Source: an uncultured Actinomycetes bacterium
GTDB lineage: Bacteria; Actinomycetota; Actinomycetes; Acidothermales; Acidothermaceae
Direction of reading: 5' to 3'
Assembly (NCBI GenBank): GCA_963825425.1
Contig: CAWGTF010000012.1
Location: 77,186-141,185, forward strand
DNA length: 64,000 nucleotides
The translations under genes were made by a program, and so were the position numbers. The stretch's first letter is position 1. The number at the start of each line of letters is the position of its first letter. This document shows, in pieces, positions 9,297-20,511 of this stretch. Below the pieces are notes generated by a model, which had not been told where the DNA came from, did not search any database, and was given only the letters and a program-made list of their open reading frames with translations.

Positions 9297-9799
9297 TGTT
9301 CACCTTGCTACGCGACCTTCGCCGGCTGCGGCGCGATCTCGACCTGCCTCGACCCGACCGTGCGCGCAGCCTTGCGATCCGACACGTCGATGCCGGCTCG
9401 TGCAACGGCTGCGAGCACGAACTGACGCTCGCGGTCGGCCCGCACTACGACCTGCAGCGGTTCGGTCTCGGCATCGTCGCCTCGCCCCGCCACGCCGACG
9501 TCCTACTTGTCACCGGCACCGTCACCACCCGCATGCACGATGCACTGCTCCTCGCTTACCACGCGATGCCCGAACCACGAAGGGTCGCCGCCTTCGGAAA
9601 CTGCGCGCTCGGCATCGACATCCTCGGAACGTCCGACTCGTTCATCGGCCCCGTCTCCGCGGTCCTCCCCGTCGACCTCGCCATCCCCGGCTGCCCACCC
9701 ACACCCGACCAGATCGCCGACGCACTGCTTAACCTCATCGACGGCCACCTTCCGCCGAACGAGAGCACGAATGAAGCTCCGAATGAGGCGCGCCGTTAG
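9296..9799 (+). CDS. [NiFe]-hydrogenase group 4 small subunit (HycG/NuoB-like)
   Basis: ATG 9296 overlaps the upstream TGA. It has four [4Fe-4S] cysteines in the NuoB/HycG pattern: GSCNGCE, FGNCALG and IPGCPP. Confidence 0.85.
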   Translation: MFTLLRDLRRLRRDLDLPRPDRARSLAIRHVDAGSCNGCEHELTLAVGPHYDLQRFGLGIVASPRHADVLLVTGTVTTRMHDALLLAYHAMPEPRRVAAFGNCALGIDILGTSDSFIGPVSAVLPVDLAIPGCPPTPDQIADALLNLIDGHLPPNESTNEAPNEARR

Positions 9800-10234
9800 G
9801 TCGTAACCGATAAGGATGGCGCGCTCAAGGGCGCCGCGAGCGCCGCCCTCAGGTACCGAGCGTCCATCGCTTGGTCTTGTTGTCTGGGACTGGGCGCAGC
9901 CTGCGGCCCGGATCGTCGACGCCGGTCAGGACTTGTTTGTCGATCCGACTGGACGAGACACGGCGTGGGACGTGATGTGTTGCGCACCGGTGAGCGGCGC
10001 AACGCCGCTGCTGTGCTGGCGGCTGATGGCGATGGCGGCTTGTTGACGGGAATGCTCCGCCGAGACGGAAGACCATCTCGGTGATGGCGCGCACGGCCCT
10101 GCGGCTCGGGTGACAGCCGCGATGGCTTCCCCCCGAAGACGGTCACGACCGAGGTCGGCCGGGTCGGGCGGGTGACGGGGAGAACGGGCGTGGCCAGCTT
10201 GCCGGCTGGTCCTTGCTGTGTAAGGGTTTCTCGA

Positions 10235-10308
10235 TGGAGCGGGTGACCGGGATCGAACCGGCATGGCCAGCTTGGAAGGCTGGGGCTCTGCCATTGAGCT
10301 ACACCCGC
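10235..10308 (-). tRNA. tRNA-Gly (anticodon UCC), CCA encoded
   Basis: The reverse complement reads GCGGGTGTAGCTCAATGGCAGAGCCCCAGCCTTCCAAGCTGGCCATGCCGGTTCGATCCCGGTCACCCGCTCCA. I folded the cloverleaf by hand; the anticodon loop is CTTCCAA. Confidence 0.9.
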
Positions 10309-10348
10309 GAGTCAATCGTCCGCGGCGCCTAGACTACGGGCTACGCCC

Positions 10349-10421
10349 CGGGGCGTAGCGTAGTGGCTAGCGCGCCTGCTTTGGGAGCAGGAGATCGGGA
10401 GTTCGAATCTCCCCGCCCCGA
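10349..10421 (+). tRNA. tRNA-Pro (anticodon UGG)
   Basis: CGGGGCGTAGCGTAGTGGCTAGCGCGCCTGCTTTGGGAGCAGGAGATCGGGAGTTCGAATCTCCCCGCCCCGA. All four stems pair, and the anticodon loop is TTTGGGA. No CCA is encoded. Confidence 0.9.
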
Positions 10422-10540
10422 CCCTTTCCCGCAGATGTTCCGCTGATCGTGACCGCGCCAAGCACTCGGCGTCCCGCCTCGGTTAATCTCGTGTGCCGCG
10501 TGTGTGCCCCGCACTGATCCAACCGAGGAGCAACCTTTCC

Positions 10541-11881
10541 GTGAAGAGCGAAGTCGAGACGCTGAGTCCGACCAGGGTCAAGCTCACTGTCGAGGTGCCC
10601 TTCGAGGAGCTGACGCCGAGCGTCGACGCCGCCTACCGCAAGGTCGCCGGGCAGATCCGGATCCCGGGTTTTCGGCCCGGCAAGGTCCCGGCCCGCATCG
10701 TCGACCAGCGCATCGGGCGCGACGTGGTCCTCGACGAGGCCGTCAACGACGCGATCCCGCAGTTCTACGGGCAGGCGGTCGAGGCGGCCGACGTCCGGGT
10801 GCTCAGCCAGCCCGAGATCGAAGTGACCAGCTTCGCGGACGGCGAGCAGCTGACGTTTACGGCGGAGGTCGACGTCCGGCCTGCTATTGAACTGCCCGAA
10901 CTCACGAAGCTGCCGGTCACCGTCGACGATGCCGAGGTCACCGAGGCGGACGTCGATGAGCAGCTGAAGTCGCTCGCCGACCGCTTCGGGACCCTGACGT
11001 CGGTGGAGCGGCCGGTCGAGGCCGGCGACTTCGTCAGCATCGACCTCGGGCTGAGCGTCGACGGGAAGCCGATCGAAGACGGCACCGCCACCGGCCTGTC
11101 GTACGAAGTCGGCAGCGAAGGGCTGATCGAAGGGCTCGATTCGGCGCTGATCGGCCTGTCGGCGGGGGAGTCCGCAGAGTTCGACACCGCGCTCGGTGGC
11201 CGCGGCGCGATGGCGAAGACGACGGGGCGCGCGTCGGTCACGGTCCGCAGCGTGCGCACCAAGCAGTTGCCGACCCTCGACGACGCGTTCGCCCAGGAAG
11301 CCAGCGAGTTCGACACCCTCGACGAACTGCGAGCCGACCTGCGGGCCCGGCTCGAACGCGTCAAGAGGCTGGAGCAGGGCATGCAAGCCCGCGACAACGT
11401 CCTCGAGGCGCTGCTCGGCCAGGTCGAGATCCCGCTCCCCGAGCGAACCGTCGACGACGAGATCCGCAACCGCCGTGAGTCGCTCGCGCAGCAATTGGCG
11501 GCAAACGGGCTCGACCTCGATGCCTACCTTGCCTCGCAAGACGAGTCACTCGAGGCTCACGAGGCTCACACCAAGGTCGACGTCGAGCGAGACTTGCGCG
11601 CTCAGTTCGTGCTCGACGCGGTGGTCGTGAAGGAGGAGCTCGGTATCGAGGAGGCTGAGCTGACCGAATACATCGTCCGGCGTGCCTCGCGAGCTGGGGT
11701 GAGCCCGGACGACTACGCCCAGCAGCTGGTTCGCAGCGGAACCGTTCCGCTCGCTGTCGCCGACGTGTTGCGGAGCAAGGCGCTCGCCTACGTGCTGGAG
11801 AACGCGGTGGTCACCGACGCTTCCGGCCGGACCGTCGACCTCAACCGCCTCGAGCAGGACGTCGCCGCCGGGTCTTCGTGA
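10541..11881 (+). CDS. tig: Trigger factor
   Basis: VKSEVETLSPTRVKLTVEVPFEEL...IPGFRPGKVPARIV is the classic trigger-factor N-terminus. GTG 10541 lies 10 nt after GAGGAG. Confidence 0.95.
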   Translation: MKSEVETLSPTRVKLTVEVPFEELTPSVDAAYRKVAGQIRIPGFRPGKVPARIVDQRIGRDVVLDEAVNDAIPQFYGQAVEAADVRVLSQPEIEVTSFADGEQLTFTAEVDVRPAIELPELTKLPVTVDDAEVTEADVDEQLKSLADRFGTLTSVERPVEAGDFVSIDLGLSVDGKPIEDGTATGLSYEVGSEGLIEGLDSALIGLSAGESAEFDTALGGRGAMAKTTGRASVTVRSVRTKQLPTLDDAFAQEASEFDTLDELRADLRARLERVKRLEQGMQARDNVLEALLGQVEIPLPERTVDDEIRNRRESLAQQLAANGLDLDAYLASQDESLEAHEAHTKVDVERDLRAQFVLDAVVVKEELGIEEAELTEYIVRRASRAGVSPDDYAQQLVRSGTVPLAVADVLRSKALAYVLENAVVTDASGRTVDLNRLEQDVAAGSS

Positions 11882-12057
11882 CGGTCTTCTTGACCGGGGG
11901 CTCGGCCCGGCTGGCGGGGTGCGCCTACAGCGAACAGCGCGCGAGAGTATGCCGCGGAACACGATCGGCCGGTTAGGGTCGGATCGTTGGCATCCGATAA
12001 CCCCAGTAGGCACGTCGAACGCGCACTAAAGCGCGGCCGACCAGCGAAGACGAGCAG

Positions 12058-12708
12058 GTGACAAGCGTGGCGCTGTACTCCCCGGCCTCCGGTTCGGTCG
12101 ACGATCCGCAGGGACGGATGCCGTCGTCCGGCGTGTCTCCCGACGACGACGTATTCAACAAACTGCTGAAGAACCGCATTGTGATTCTCGGCTCGGTGGT
12201 CGACGACGCGATCGCGAACAAGATCTGCGCCCAGCTGTTGCTGCTGGCCGCTGAGGATCCCGAGCGCGAGATCTACATGCACATCAACTCGCCTGGTGGT
12301 TCGGTCGACGCCGGCATGGCGATCTACGACACCATGCAATACGTCCCGTGCGACGTTGCGACCGTTGGCATGGGCCTCGCGGCTTCGATGGGCCAGTTCC
12401 TGCTGTGCGCCGGCGAACGCGGCAAGCGCTACGCGCTGCCACACGCGCGGATCATGATGCATCAGCCGCTGGGCGGCATCGGTGGTTCGGCCTCCCTCAT
12501 TGCCATCCAGGCCGAGCAGATGCTCTACACCAAGAAGAAGCTTCAGGAGCTCACCGCGCAGCACACCGGCCAGACCGTCGACCAGATCGAGAGGGACTCC
12601 GACCGCGAACGGTGGTTCTCCGCCGACGAGGCGAAGGACTACGGCTTCGTCGACCACGTGGTGCGCAGCGCCCGCCAGGTGCCTACCGAGACCACCGCGG
12701 TCTCCTGA
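12058..12708 (+). CDS. clpP1: ATP-dependent Clp protease proteolytic subunit 1
   Basis: [19 protein letters not shown] (catalytic Ser) and MMHQP (His). The start is uncertain: GTG 12058 or ATG 12118. Confidence 0.95.
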   Translation: MTSVALYSPASGSVDDPQGRMPSSGVSPDDDVFNKLLKNRIVILGSVVDDAIANKICAQLLLLAAEDPEREIYMHINSPGGSVDAGMAIYDTMQYVPCDVATVGMGLAASMGQFLLCAGERGKRYALPHARIMMHQPLGGIGGSASLIAIQAEQMLYTKKKLQELTAQHTGQTVDQIERDSDRERWFSADEAKDYGFVDHVVRSARQVPTETTAVS

Positions 12709-12724
12709 ACAGCGAGGACCTTCC

Positions 12725-13351
12725 GTGACTTTGCAACGCCCCGACGGCCGCTACATCATTCCGGAATTCCGCGAGCGCACCAGCACCGGCGACCGGATCC
12801 ACAACCCGTACACCAAGTTGTTCGAGGAGCGGATCATCTTCCTCGGCGTCCAGATCGACGACGTGTCGGCAAACGACGTCATGGCTCAACTGCTGACGCT
12901 CGAGTCGATGGATCCGGACCGTGACATCCAGCTCTACATCAACTCACCGGGTGGCTCTTTCACCGCACTCACCGCGATCTACGACACGATGCAGTTCATC
13001 CGGCCCGAGGTGCAGACGATCTGCATGGGGCAGGCAGCGTCCGCGGCGGCGGTGATCTTGGCGGCCGGCGCCAAGGGCAAGCGGATCGCGCTGCCGAACT
13101 CGCGGATCTTGATCCACCAGCCGTCCAGCGAGGCCGGCGGGCAGGCAAGCGACATCGAGATCGCTGCCCGCGAGATTCTGCGAATGCGCGCGCTGCTGGA
13201 GTTCATGCTGGCCAAGCACACCGGTCGCACCGAGGCCCAGGTCCGGACCGATATCGAGCGCGACAAGATCCTCACCGCCGAGGAAGCCGTCGAGTACGGC
13301 TTGATCGACGAAGTCATCGTCAGCCGCAAGCTCACGCTCGCGGCTCACTAG
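12725..13351 (+). CDS. clpP2: ATP-dependent Clp protease proteolytic subunit 2
   Basis: [19 protein letters not shown] and LIHQP. GTG 12725 lies within ORF 12482..13351. Confidence 0.95.
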   Translation: MTLQRPDGRYIIPEFRERTSTGDRIHNPYTKLFEERIIFLGVQIDDVSANDVMAQLLTLESMDPDRDIQLYINSPGGSFTALTAIYDTMQFIRPEVQTICMGQAASAAAVILAAGAKGKRIALPNSRILIHQPSSEAGGQASDIEIAAREILRMRALLEFMLAKHTGRTEAQVRTDIERDKILTAEEAVEYGLIDEVIVSRKLTLAAH

Positions 13352-13538
13352 CACACGAGTCACTAGCCACACGAGTCACTCCGGCAGCCAGTCGGACACG
13401 CCGTAACCGGCCCGCGGCCGGCGCCAACGCGGTACCTTCGTGAGTACCGATGCACCACCGAGTTCGAGCAGCTAGCCCGATTTGCACCGCAGTCCGACAT
13501 ATGTAGCAGATCCGACAGTCAGGTAGGAGACGCATCCG

Positions 13539-14823
<1,285 letters not shown>

Positions 14824-14828
<5 letters not shown>

Positions 14829-14884
14829 TTCTCGCGCGCTGCGCGACGTGACTGCTTGATCTCGCGCGCCGCGCGACGTGACCG
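14824..14884. repeat. Tandem 30/31-bp duplication containing the clpX stop codon; each copy carries a 6-bp GC hairpin
   Basis: cttgattctcgcgcgctgcgcgacgtgactg followed by cttgatctcgcgcgccgcgcgacgtgaccg. The hairpins are TCGCGC-nnn-GCGCGA at 14832-14846 and 14862-14876. The repeat lies between the convergent clpX and tnaA genes. Confidence 0.7.
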
Positions 14885-14885
14885 C

Positions 14886-16262
14886 CTAAGTCAGGGGCTC
14901 GAAGGTTGCGGTGAAATGCCGCAACGTCGGGGGTTCGTCGACGATCCGCATTCCTCGCAGGTCGGCCGCGCGCCTGGCCACCGCCTCGCAGACCTCGATC
15001 GTGTAGTCGATGTGGCTCTGCGTGTAGGTACGCCGCGGGATCGCCAGCCGCACCAGGTCGAGGGACGCCGGTACTTCGGTGCCGTCGGGTTGGCGGCCGA
15101 ACATGACGGTGCCGATCTCGCACCCGCGCACGCCACCGGCCTCGTACAGCGCGACGGCCAGCGACTGGCCCGGGTAGTGCAGCGGCGCGATGTGCGGCAG
15201 CAGCGACCGCGCGTCGATGTAGACCGCGTGCCCGCCGATCGGTCGCACCACCGGGATGCCCATCGCGTGCAGCGCCTCACCCAGGTACGCAGTCGACCGG
15301 ATCCGATAACGCAGATAGTCGTGGTCGACGGCCTCGCGCAGACCCTGCGCCAGCGCCTCGAGGTCGCGGCCGGCTAGCCCGCCGTAGGTCGGGAATCCCT
15401 CGGTGAGGATCAGCAGCGTGCGGCACTTGGCAGCGAGCTCATCGTCGTTCATGGCGAGCCAGCCACCGATATTGCCGAGCGGGTCCTTCTTCGCGCTCAT
15501 GGTCATGCCATCGGCCAGCCCGGCCATCTCGCGGACGATGCTGTGCACGGTTGCGTCCACGAACTCGGGCTCCCGCGTCTTGATGAACCACGCGTTCTCT
15601 GCAAAGCGGCAGGCATCGAGAAACAGCGGGATGCCGTACTTGTCACAGATCTTTCGGACGCCGCGCAGGTTCGCCATCGAGACCGGTTGCCCGCCCCCGG
15701 AGTTGTTCGTGACGGTCACCATGACCAGCGGGACCTCGCCGGGTTGGGCTTGGGCCAGCAGCGCGTCGAGGGCCTCGAGATCCATGTTGCCCTTGAACGG
15801 ATGGTCCGCCTGAGGGTCGCGGCCTTCGGCGACAACGAGATCGACCGCCCGCGCACCCGAGTACTCGACGTTCGCCCTCGTCGTGTCGAAGTGCGTGTTG
15901 TTCGGCACCGTCTTGCCGGCGCCGCCGACCGCCGTGAACAGGATCTTCTCCGCCGCACGGCCCTGGTGCGTCGGGATCACGTGTTCGAACGGGAAGAGGT
16001 CCTGGACGCTGTCCCGAAAGGCAAACCACGACGGCGAGCCCGCGTAGCTCTCATCGCCGCGTTGGATACCGGCCCATTGGTCGCGCGACATCGCGCCAGT
16101 GCCGGAGTCGGTCAACAGGTCGATGAGGACGTCGGCAGCCCGCAGATTGAACAGGTTGTAGCCGGCGTTACTGATCGCCGTCCGACGTTCGGCTTCGGTG
16201 GTGAGGTGCAGGGGCTCGACGCTGTGGATGCGAAACGGCTCGATGATCGTCTTGAAGGTCAT
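14886..16262 (-). CDS. tnaA: Tryptophanase (beta-eliminating lyase family; TnaA-like rather than tyrosine phenol-lyase)
   Basis: It aligns end to end with E. coli TnaA as I recall it (EPFRI, IDLLTDSGTGAMS, PTHQGR, SAKKD PLP-lysine, TYGGLAGRD, RLAIPRRTYTQSH). HFDTTR (Asp) and LRHFTA (His) match the Trp-specific residues rather than the Thr/Phe of TPL. Confidence 0.9.
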   Translation of the reverse strand: MTFKTIIEPFRIHSVEPLHLTTEAERRTAISNAGYNLFNLRAADVLIDLLTDSGTGAMSRDQWAGIQRGDESYAGSPSWFAFRDSVQDLFPFEHVIPTHQGRAAEKILFTAVGGAGKTVPNNTHFDTTRANVEYSGARAVDLVVAEGRDPQADHPFKGNMDLEALDALLAQAQPGEVPLVMVTVTNNSGGGQPVSMANLRGVRKICDKYGIPLFLDACRFAENAWFIKTREPEFVDATVHSIVREMAGLADGMTMSAKKDPLGNIGGWLAMNDDELAAKCRTLLILTEGFPTYGGLAGRDLEALAQGLREAVDHDYLRYRIRSTAYLGEALHAMGIPVVRPIGGHAVYIDARSLLPHIAPLHYPGQSLAVALYEAGGVRGCEIGTVMFGRQPDGTEVPASLDLVRLAIPRRTYTQSHIDYTIEVCEAVARRAADLRGMRIVDEPPTLRHFTATFEPLT

Positions 16263-16304
16263 GCCTGAGCGTAGGCGCGCCCACGAGCCGGTGCGGTAGT
16301 AGGG

Positions 16305-17685
16305 CTAGCCCTGTTGCTCGACCGAACCGATGACTTGCCGGGTGATGATCGCGAGCTGGCTCGGCTCGGTGTTGGCGGCGATCACGATGATGGCCGCCGC
16401 GCTGTCGAGCGAGGCGCACGTCGGTCAGCGACTTACCTTGCGCCGTCGCGATCCCGCACTCCAGCGTGCCACCAAATTGCCCGCTGCCCATCTTGGTCAG
16501 GACCGGGTCGGCCGCGGTGCCGGTGGAGCTGAAGAACGCGTTCACGTCAGCCGATGTTGGGCGCCGCGCGAGCTTTCCGGCGACCACCATGAAGGTCGGC
16601 GTGCCGTCGAGGCCGTAGTACGCCGCCTGGGTTTGGGAGCCGCCCGGGATGTGCTTCTGCATGTTGGTGACCTCGAGGGTCGTGTCAGCAGCCAGACTGG
16701 GGTCGCTGAGACGCTGCTGGTCAACCAGGGTCGCGGGCAGCACGACGTTGCGGTTCGCGGGCTTTTCGCGCTGGCTCAGGAACACGGGGATCGCGATCGC
16801 GGCCAGGATGCCGATGACGACGAACCCGAGGACGGCGATCGCCAGACCGATGAGGACCTTGGACGCAGTGCTGCGTCCGCCGCCGGTGTTGTACGCGCCC
16901 GGCGATGCGTGCTGAGGCACCCACGGCACTTCCGGTGCCGCCGGGAACGCGCTGGAGTCAGGGTTCGTGCCGAACTGCGGATTAGGGACGAACTGCGGGT
17001 TCGCGGCGTAGTGCGGCTGCGGCGGGTACCCGGGCGAGGTGGGGTAGGTCATCGGGTAGTCCGCGGGCGGCGGGTAGTCCGGCGCTGATGCCTCGGGAGC
17101 CGCTGCGTCGGTGGGCGCGTACCAACCCTGGACCGCGGGCTCGTCATGGACCGGTGGCGGGGACACGGGGGCGAACCGCTCGGCCGTGGACAGCGGGGCG
17201 AACTGAAGGGGCGGCGGTGGGGGAGTGAACGTGCCGGCGGGGGCGGCGGTGGGCTGAACTGTGCCGGCGGGGGCGGTGGCGGAGTGAACTGTGCGCGGCG
17301 GCGGCGGTGGAGTGAAGGCCTCGGCCGTGGACGGCGAAGAGTCGACTGGCGGCGCAAAGTCGACGGTGGGGCGATCTCGACGGGTGGGGCGATCTCGACG
17401 GGTGGGGCGATCTCGACGGGTGGGCGCTCGCGGGCGATCTCGACGGGCGGCGCCTCCTTGTGGGCACGCACGCGTGAATCTGGGCCCACGCGGTTCCTTT
17501 GGTGCACGCGGTTCCTTGGAGCGCGACGCTGGTTCTTTGGGTGCGCGCGGTTCCTTGGGCGCGCGTGGTTCTTTGGGCGCGTGCTCCTTACGAGCGCGTG
17601 CAGGAGCGGCGCCGGGCAAGATCGTCATCGCGAACGACGACTGAGGTATCTCTTGCGTCGTTTGCTGGTTGCCCCGCATCGCCAT
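16305..17685 (-). pseudogene. Proline-rich single-pass membrane protein with coding tandem repeats; reading frame broken near 16420
   Basis: ORF 16168..17685 encodes a Pro/Arg-rich N-terminal region, one TM helix (VLIGLAIAVLGFVVIGILAAIAIPVFL) and an extracytoplasmic domain. After ...GKSLTD the sensible sequence continues in another frame (CASLDSAAAIIVIAANTEPSQLAIITRQVIGSVEQQG*), which ends at 16305, 43 nt before tnaA. Confidence 0.6.
17365..17450. repeat. Coding 18-bp tandem repeat (3 perfect copies of ggtggggcgatctcgacg plus a degenerate copy), encoding RRDRPT repeats
   Basis: Perfect copies are at 17365-17382, 17383-17400 and 17401-17418. Neighbouring imperfect repeats encode PRAPKE (about 17480-17585) and APAGT/PPPPP units (about 17225-17320). 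Confidence 0.85.
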
Positions 17686-17803
17686 CTCCTCTGGTGAACC
17701 CGGTCTTGGGACACCACGAGTACCTTCGGCTGGTCGGGTTGAGCGCTTGAGCGGCCCTGAACCGGTTCATGGTCGCGGTCTCAGAATCCCTAGACTGCGC
17801 GGT

Positions 17804-20511
17804 GTGACTGCGACCGATCTGCGCCGGCTGCCGACTCGCCGACCCACGCCGTCCGGCCTGCCCTCGGTCTACTCGCCGGCCACCGTCGAGACCAGGCTGT
17901 ACGAGCGCTGGGTCGAGCGCGGGTACTTCACCGCCGACGCCAGCAGCGACAAGCCGCCCTTCACCATCGTGCTGCCGCCTCCGAACGTGACCGGCCAGCT
18001 GCACATGGGGCACGCGCCCCAGCACTCGCTGATGGACGCGGTGACGCGCCGCCGCCGGATGCAGGGCTACGAGACGCTCTGGCTGCCCGGTATGGATCAC
18101 GCCGGGATCGCCACCCAGAACGTGGTCGAGCGCGAGCTTGGCAAGGAAGGCATCTCGCGCGACGACCTGGGGCGCGAGGGATTCGTCGAGCGGGTGTGGC
18201 AGTGGAAGGCGGAGTACGGCGGCCGGATCCTCGGTCAGATGCGCCGGTTGGGCGACGGCGTCGACTGGTCGCGCGAGCGATTCACGATGGACGCGGGCTC
18301 GTCGCGCGCCGTCGGCACGATGTTCAAGCGCCTCTATGAAGACGAGTTGATCTACCGAGCCGAGCGGATCATCAACTGGTGTCCGCGCTGCCTCACCGCG
18401 TTGTCGGACATCGAGGTCGACCACTCCGACGACGAGGGCGAACTGATCACGATCTCCTACGGACCGATCACCGTCGCGACGACCCGGGTCGAGACGATGC
18501 TCGGAGACACCGCCGTGGCGGTGCATCCAGACGATCCCCGCTACGCGCACCTTGTCGGTACCGAGATCGAGTTGCCGCTGACCGGCCGGCGCATCCCGAT
18601 CGTCGCCGACGAGCACGTCGATCCCGCGTTCGGCACCGGTGCGGTGAAGGTGACACCGGCGCACGACCCGAACGACTTCGAGATCGGGCAGCGCCACGGA
18701 TTGCCGGCGATCATCGTGCTCGACGAGCGCGGCGTGATCACCGCGCACGGGCCCTTCAAGGGTCTCGACCGATTCGAGGCGCGGCCCGCAGTCACGGCAG
18801 CGCTACGCGAACTCGGTCTGATCGTCGCCGAGAAGCGTCCCTACATTCACTCGGTCGGTCACTGCTCTCGATGCGACACGGTGATCGAACCGACGGCTGT
18901 CGCTGCAGTGGTTCGTGAAGGTCGAGTCGTTGGCCAAGGCGGCCGGTGACGCAGTTCGCGACGGTCGGGTGACGATTCATCCGCCCGAGATGGCGCGCAA
19001 CTATTTCGACTGGGTCGACAACATGCACGACTGGTGCATCTCGCGGCAGCTCTGGTGGGGTCACCGGATCCCGGTTTGGTACGGGCCGGACGGCGAGGTG
19101 CTGGCCGTCGGCCCGGACGATGAGCCACCGAGCGGCGACGGTTGGCGGCAGGATGCCGGACGTCCTCGACACCTGGTTTTCTTCGGCCTTGTGGCCATTT
19201 TCGACCCTCGGCTGGCCCGCCAAGACGGCCGACCTCGAGAAGTTCTATCCGACGTCGGTGCTGCTCACCGGCTACGACATCATCTTCTTCTGGGTCGCCC
19301 GGATGATGATGTTCGGGCTGTACGCGATGGCCGACCAGGGTCCCGCCGGTGCGGTGCCGTTCCGTACGGTTGCGCTGACCGGTCTGGTGCGCGACGACCG
19401 CGGCCGCAAGATGAGCAAGTCGGCGGGCAACGGCATCGATCCGCTCGATTGGATCGACACGTACGGTGCCGACGCTGCGCGTTTCACTCTCGCGCGTAGC
19501 GCGTCGCCGGGGTCCGACATCCCGGTCAGCGAGGAGTTGGCGCAGGGCGGCCGCAACTTCGTCACCAAGCTCTGGAACGCGACCCGGTTCGCGATCATCA
19601 ACGGCGCGACGGTCGAGGGTCCGTTGCCCGATCTTCAGACGTTGCCTGCGACAGAGCGCTGGATCCTGTCGAGATTGACCCGCACGGCGAAGGACATCGA
19701 CGGGTATTTCGACGACTTCCAATTCGCCAAGGCGTGCGATGCGCTCTACCACTTCACTTGGGACGAGTTCTGCGACTGGTACGTCGAGTTGGCGAAGTTG
19801 CCGCTCGAAAGGGGCGGGATCGAGGCCACGGCCACGCGCCGCGTTCTCGGCCATGTTCTCGACGTGCTGCTGCGGTTGTGGCACCCGGTGATCCCGTTCG
19901 TGACCGAGGAGTTGTGGACCACGTTGACGGGCCGGGAGACCGTCGTGCTCGCAGCGTGGCCGACCGGACTCGTGACCGGCGACGCGGCTCCTTTGGTCGA
20001 TGTCGCAACGGTCGACGAGCCGGCCGAGGCGCTCATCGCGCAACTGCAAGCCGTCGTCACGGAGGTGCGGCGATTCCGCGCGGAGCAGGGTCTTCGGCCG
20101 GCGCAACGGGTTCCGGCGCGCATCGACGGGCTCACGACCGGTGAGCTCGCATCCTTCGAGGACCAGATTCGTTCGCTTGCGCGACTGCAACTGCCGGCCG
20201 ACGGCTTCCACGAAACGGCCGCGGTGGTGGTTGGCCACAGCGGGCGCGCGGTGCGAGTCGCCGTTGACCTGTCAGGCACGATCGACGTGGGCAAGGAACG
20301 GGCCCGATTGACCAAGGCGTTGGACGTTGCCGTGAACGAGGTTGCGCTCGCCGAGGCGAAGCTGGCCGACGAGTCATTCACCGCAAATGCGCCGCCACCA
20401 GTGGTCGAGAAGATTCGCGCGCGCCTGCGCAACGCCGAGGCCGAAGTTCAACGGCTGCAAGGCCAACTCGATGCGCTTCCGGCCGGCACTGTCGCAGCAA
20501 TGATTGCTCCC
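17804..20511 (+). pseudogene. valS: Valine--tRNA ligase, reading frame interrupted twice (probably assembly indels)
   Basis: Fragments are ORFs 17669..18949, 18915..19499 and 19120... The HIGH-type motif is QLHMGHA and the KMSKS motif is RKMSKSAGN. Breaks: about 18892 (CDTVIEP | [11 protein letters not shown]) and about 19154 (GWRQD | DVLDTWFSS), each a +1 shift. No stop codon precedes folC in the current frame. Confidence 0.9.

Noticed and set aside
9816-10046. 76-aa ORF in the gap between the hydrogenase operon and tRNA-Gly.
   Set aside because: Third-position GC (about 70% by eye) is clearly below that of real genes here. There is no SD or recognisable motif, and other frames are equally open.
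10367-11539. Long antisense ORFs opposite well-supported genes. Examples: 10367..11539 opposite tig, 18859..20238 opposite valS, 25589..26806 opposite mreB, 53587..55017 opposite the DUF853 gene, 59904..60854 opposite leuS and 61132..62454 opposite degV/comEA.
   Set aside because: In a roughly 70% GC genome, stop codons are rare in off-frames. These translations are Arg/Pro/Gly-rich low-complexity strings with no recognisable motifs, while the opposite strand carries unmistakable conserved proteins.
12020-12035. Palindrome CGCGC-ACTAAA-GCGCG upstream of clpP1, considered as a ClgR operator.
   Set aside because: The ClgR consensus I recall is CGC-N5-GCG. Here the spacing is 6 (or 8), so I cannot support the call without a matrix scan.
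17365-17450. Possible CRISPR-like arrays, suggested by the perfect 18-bp direct repeats here and at 30609-30680.
   Set aside because: The repeats are strictly tandem with no spacers. They are in frame within ORFs, encoding RRDRPT and AVPGAS units. No cas genes are present.
17769-17807. Mini-[15 protein letters not shown] upstream of and overlapping the valS start, considered as a Val leader peptide analogous to the leuS leader.
   Set aside because: Only 3 scattered Val codons. No terminator or alternative hairpins follow. It overlaps the valS GTG, so it is compatible with chance.
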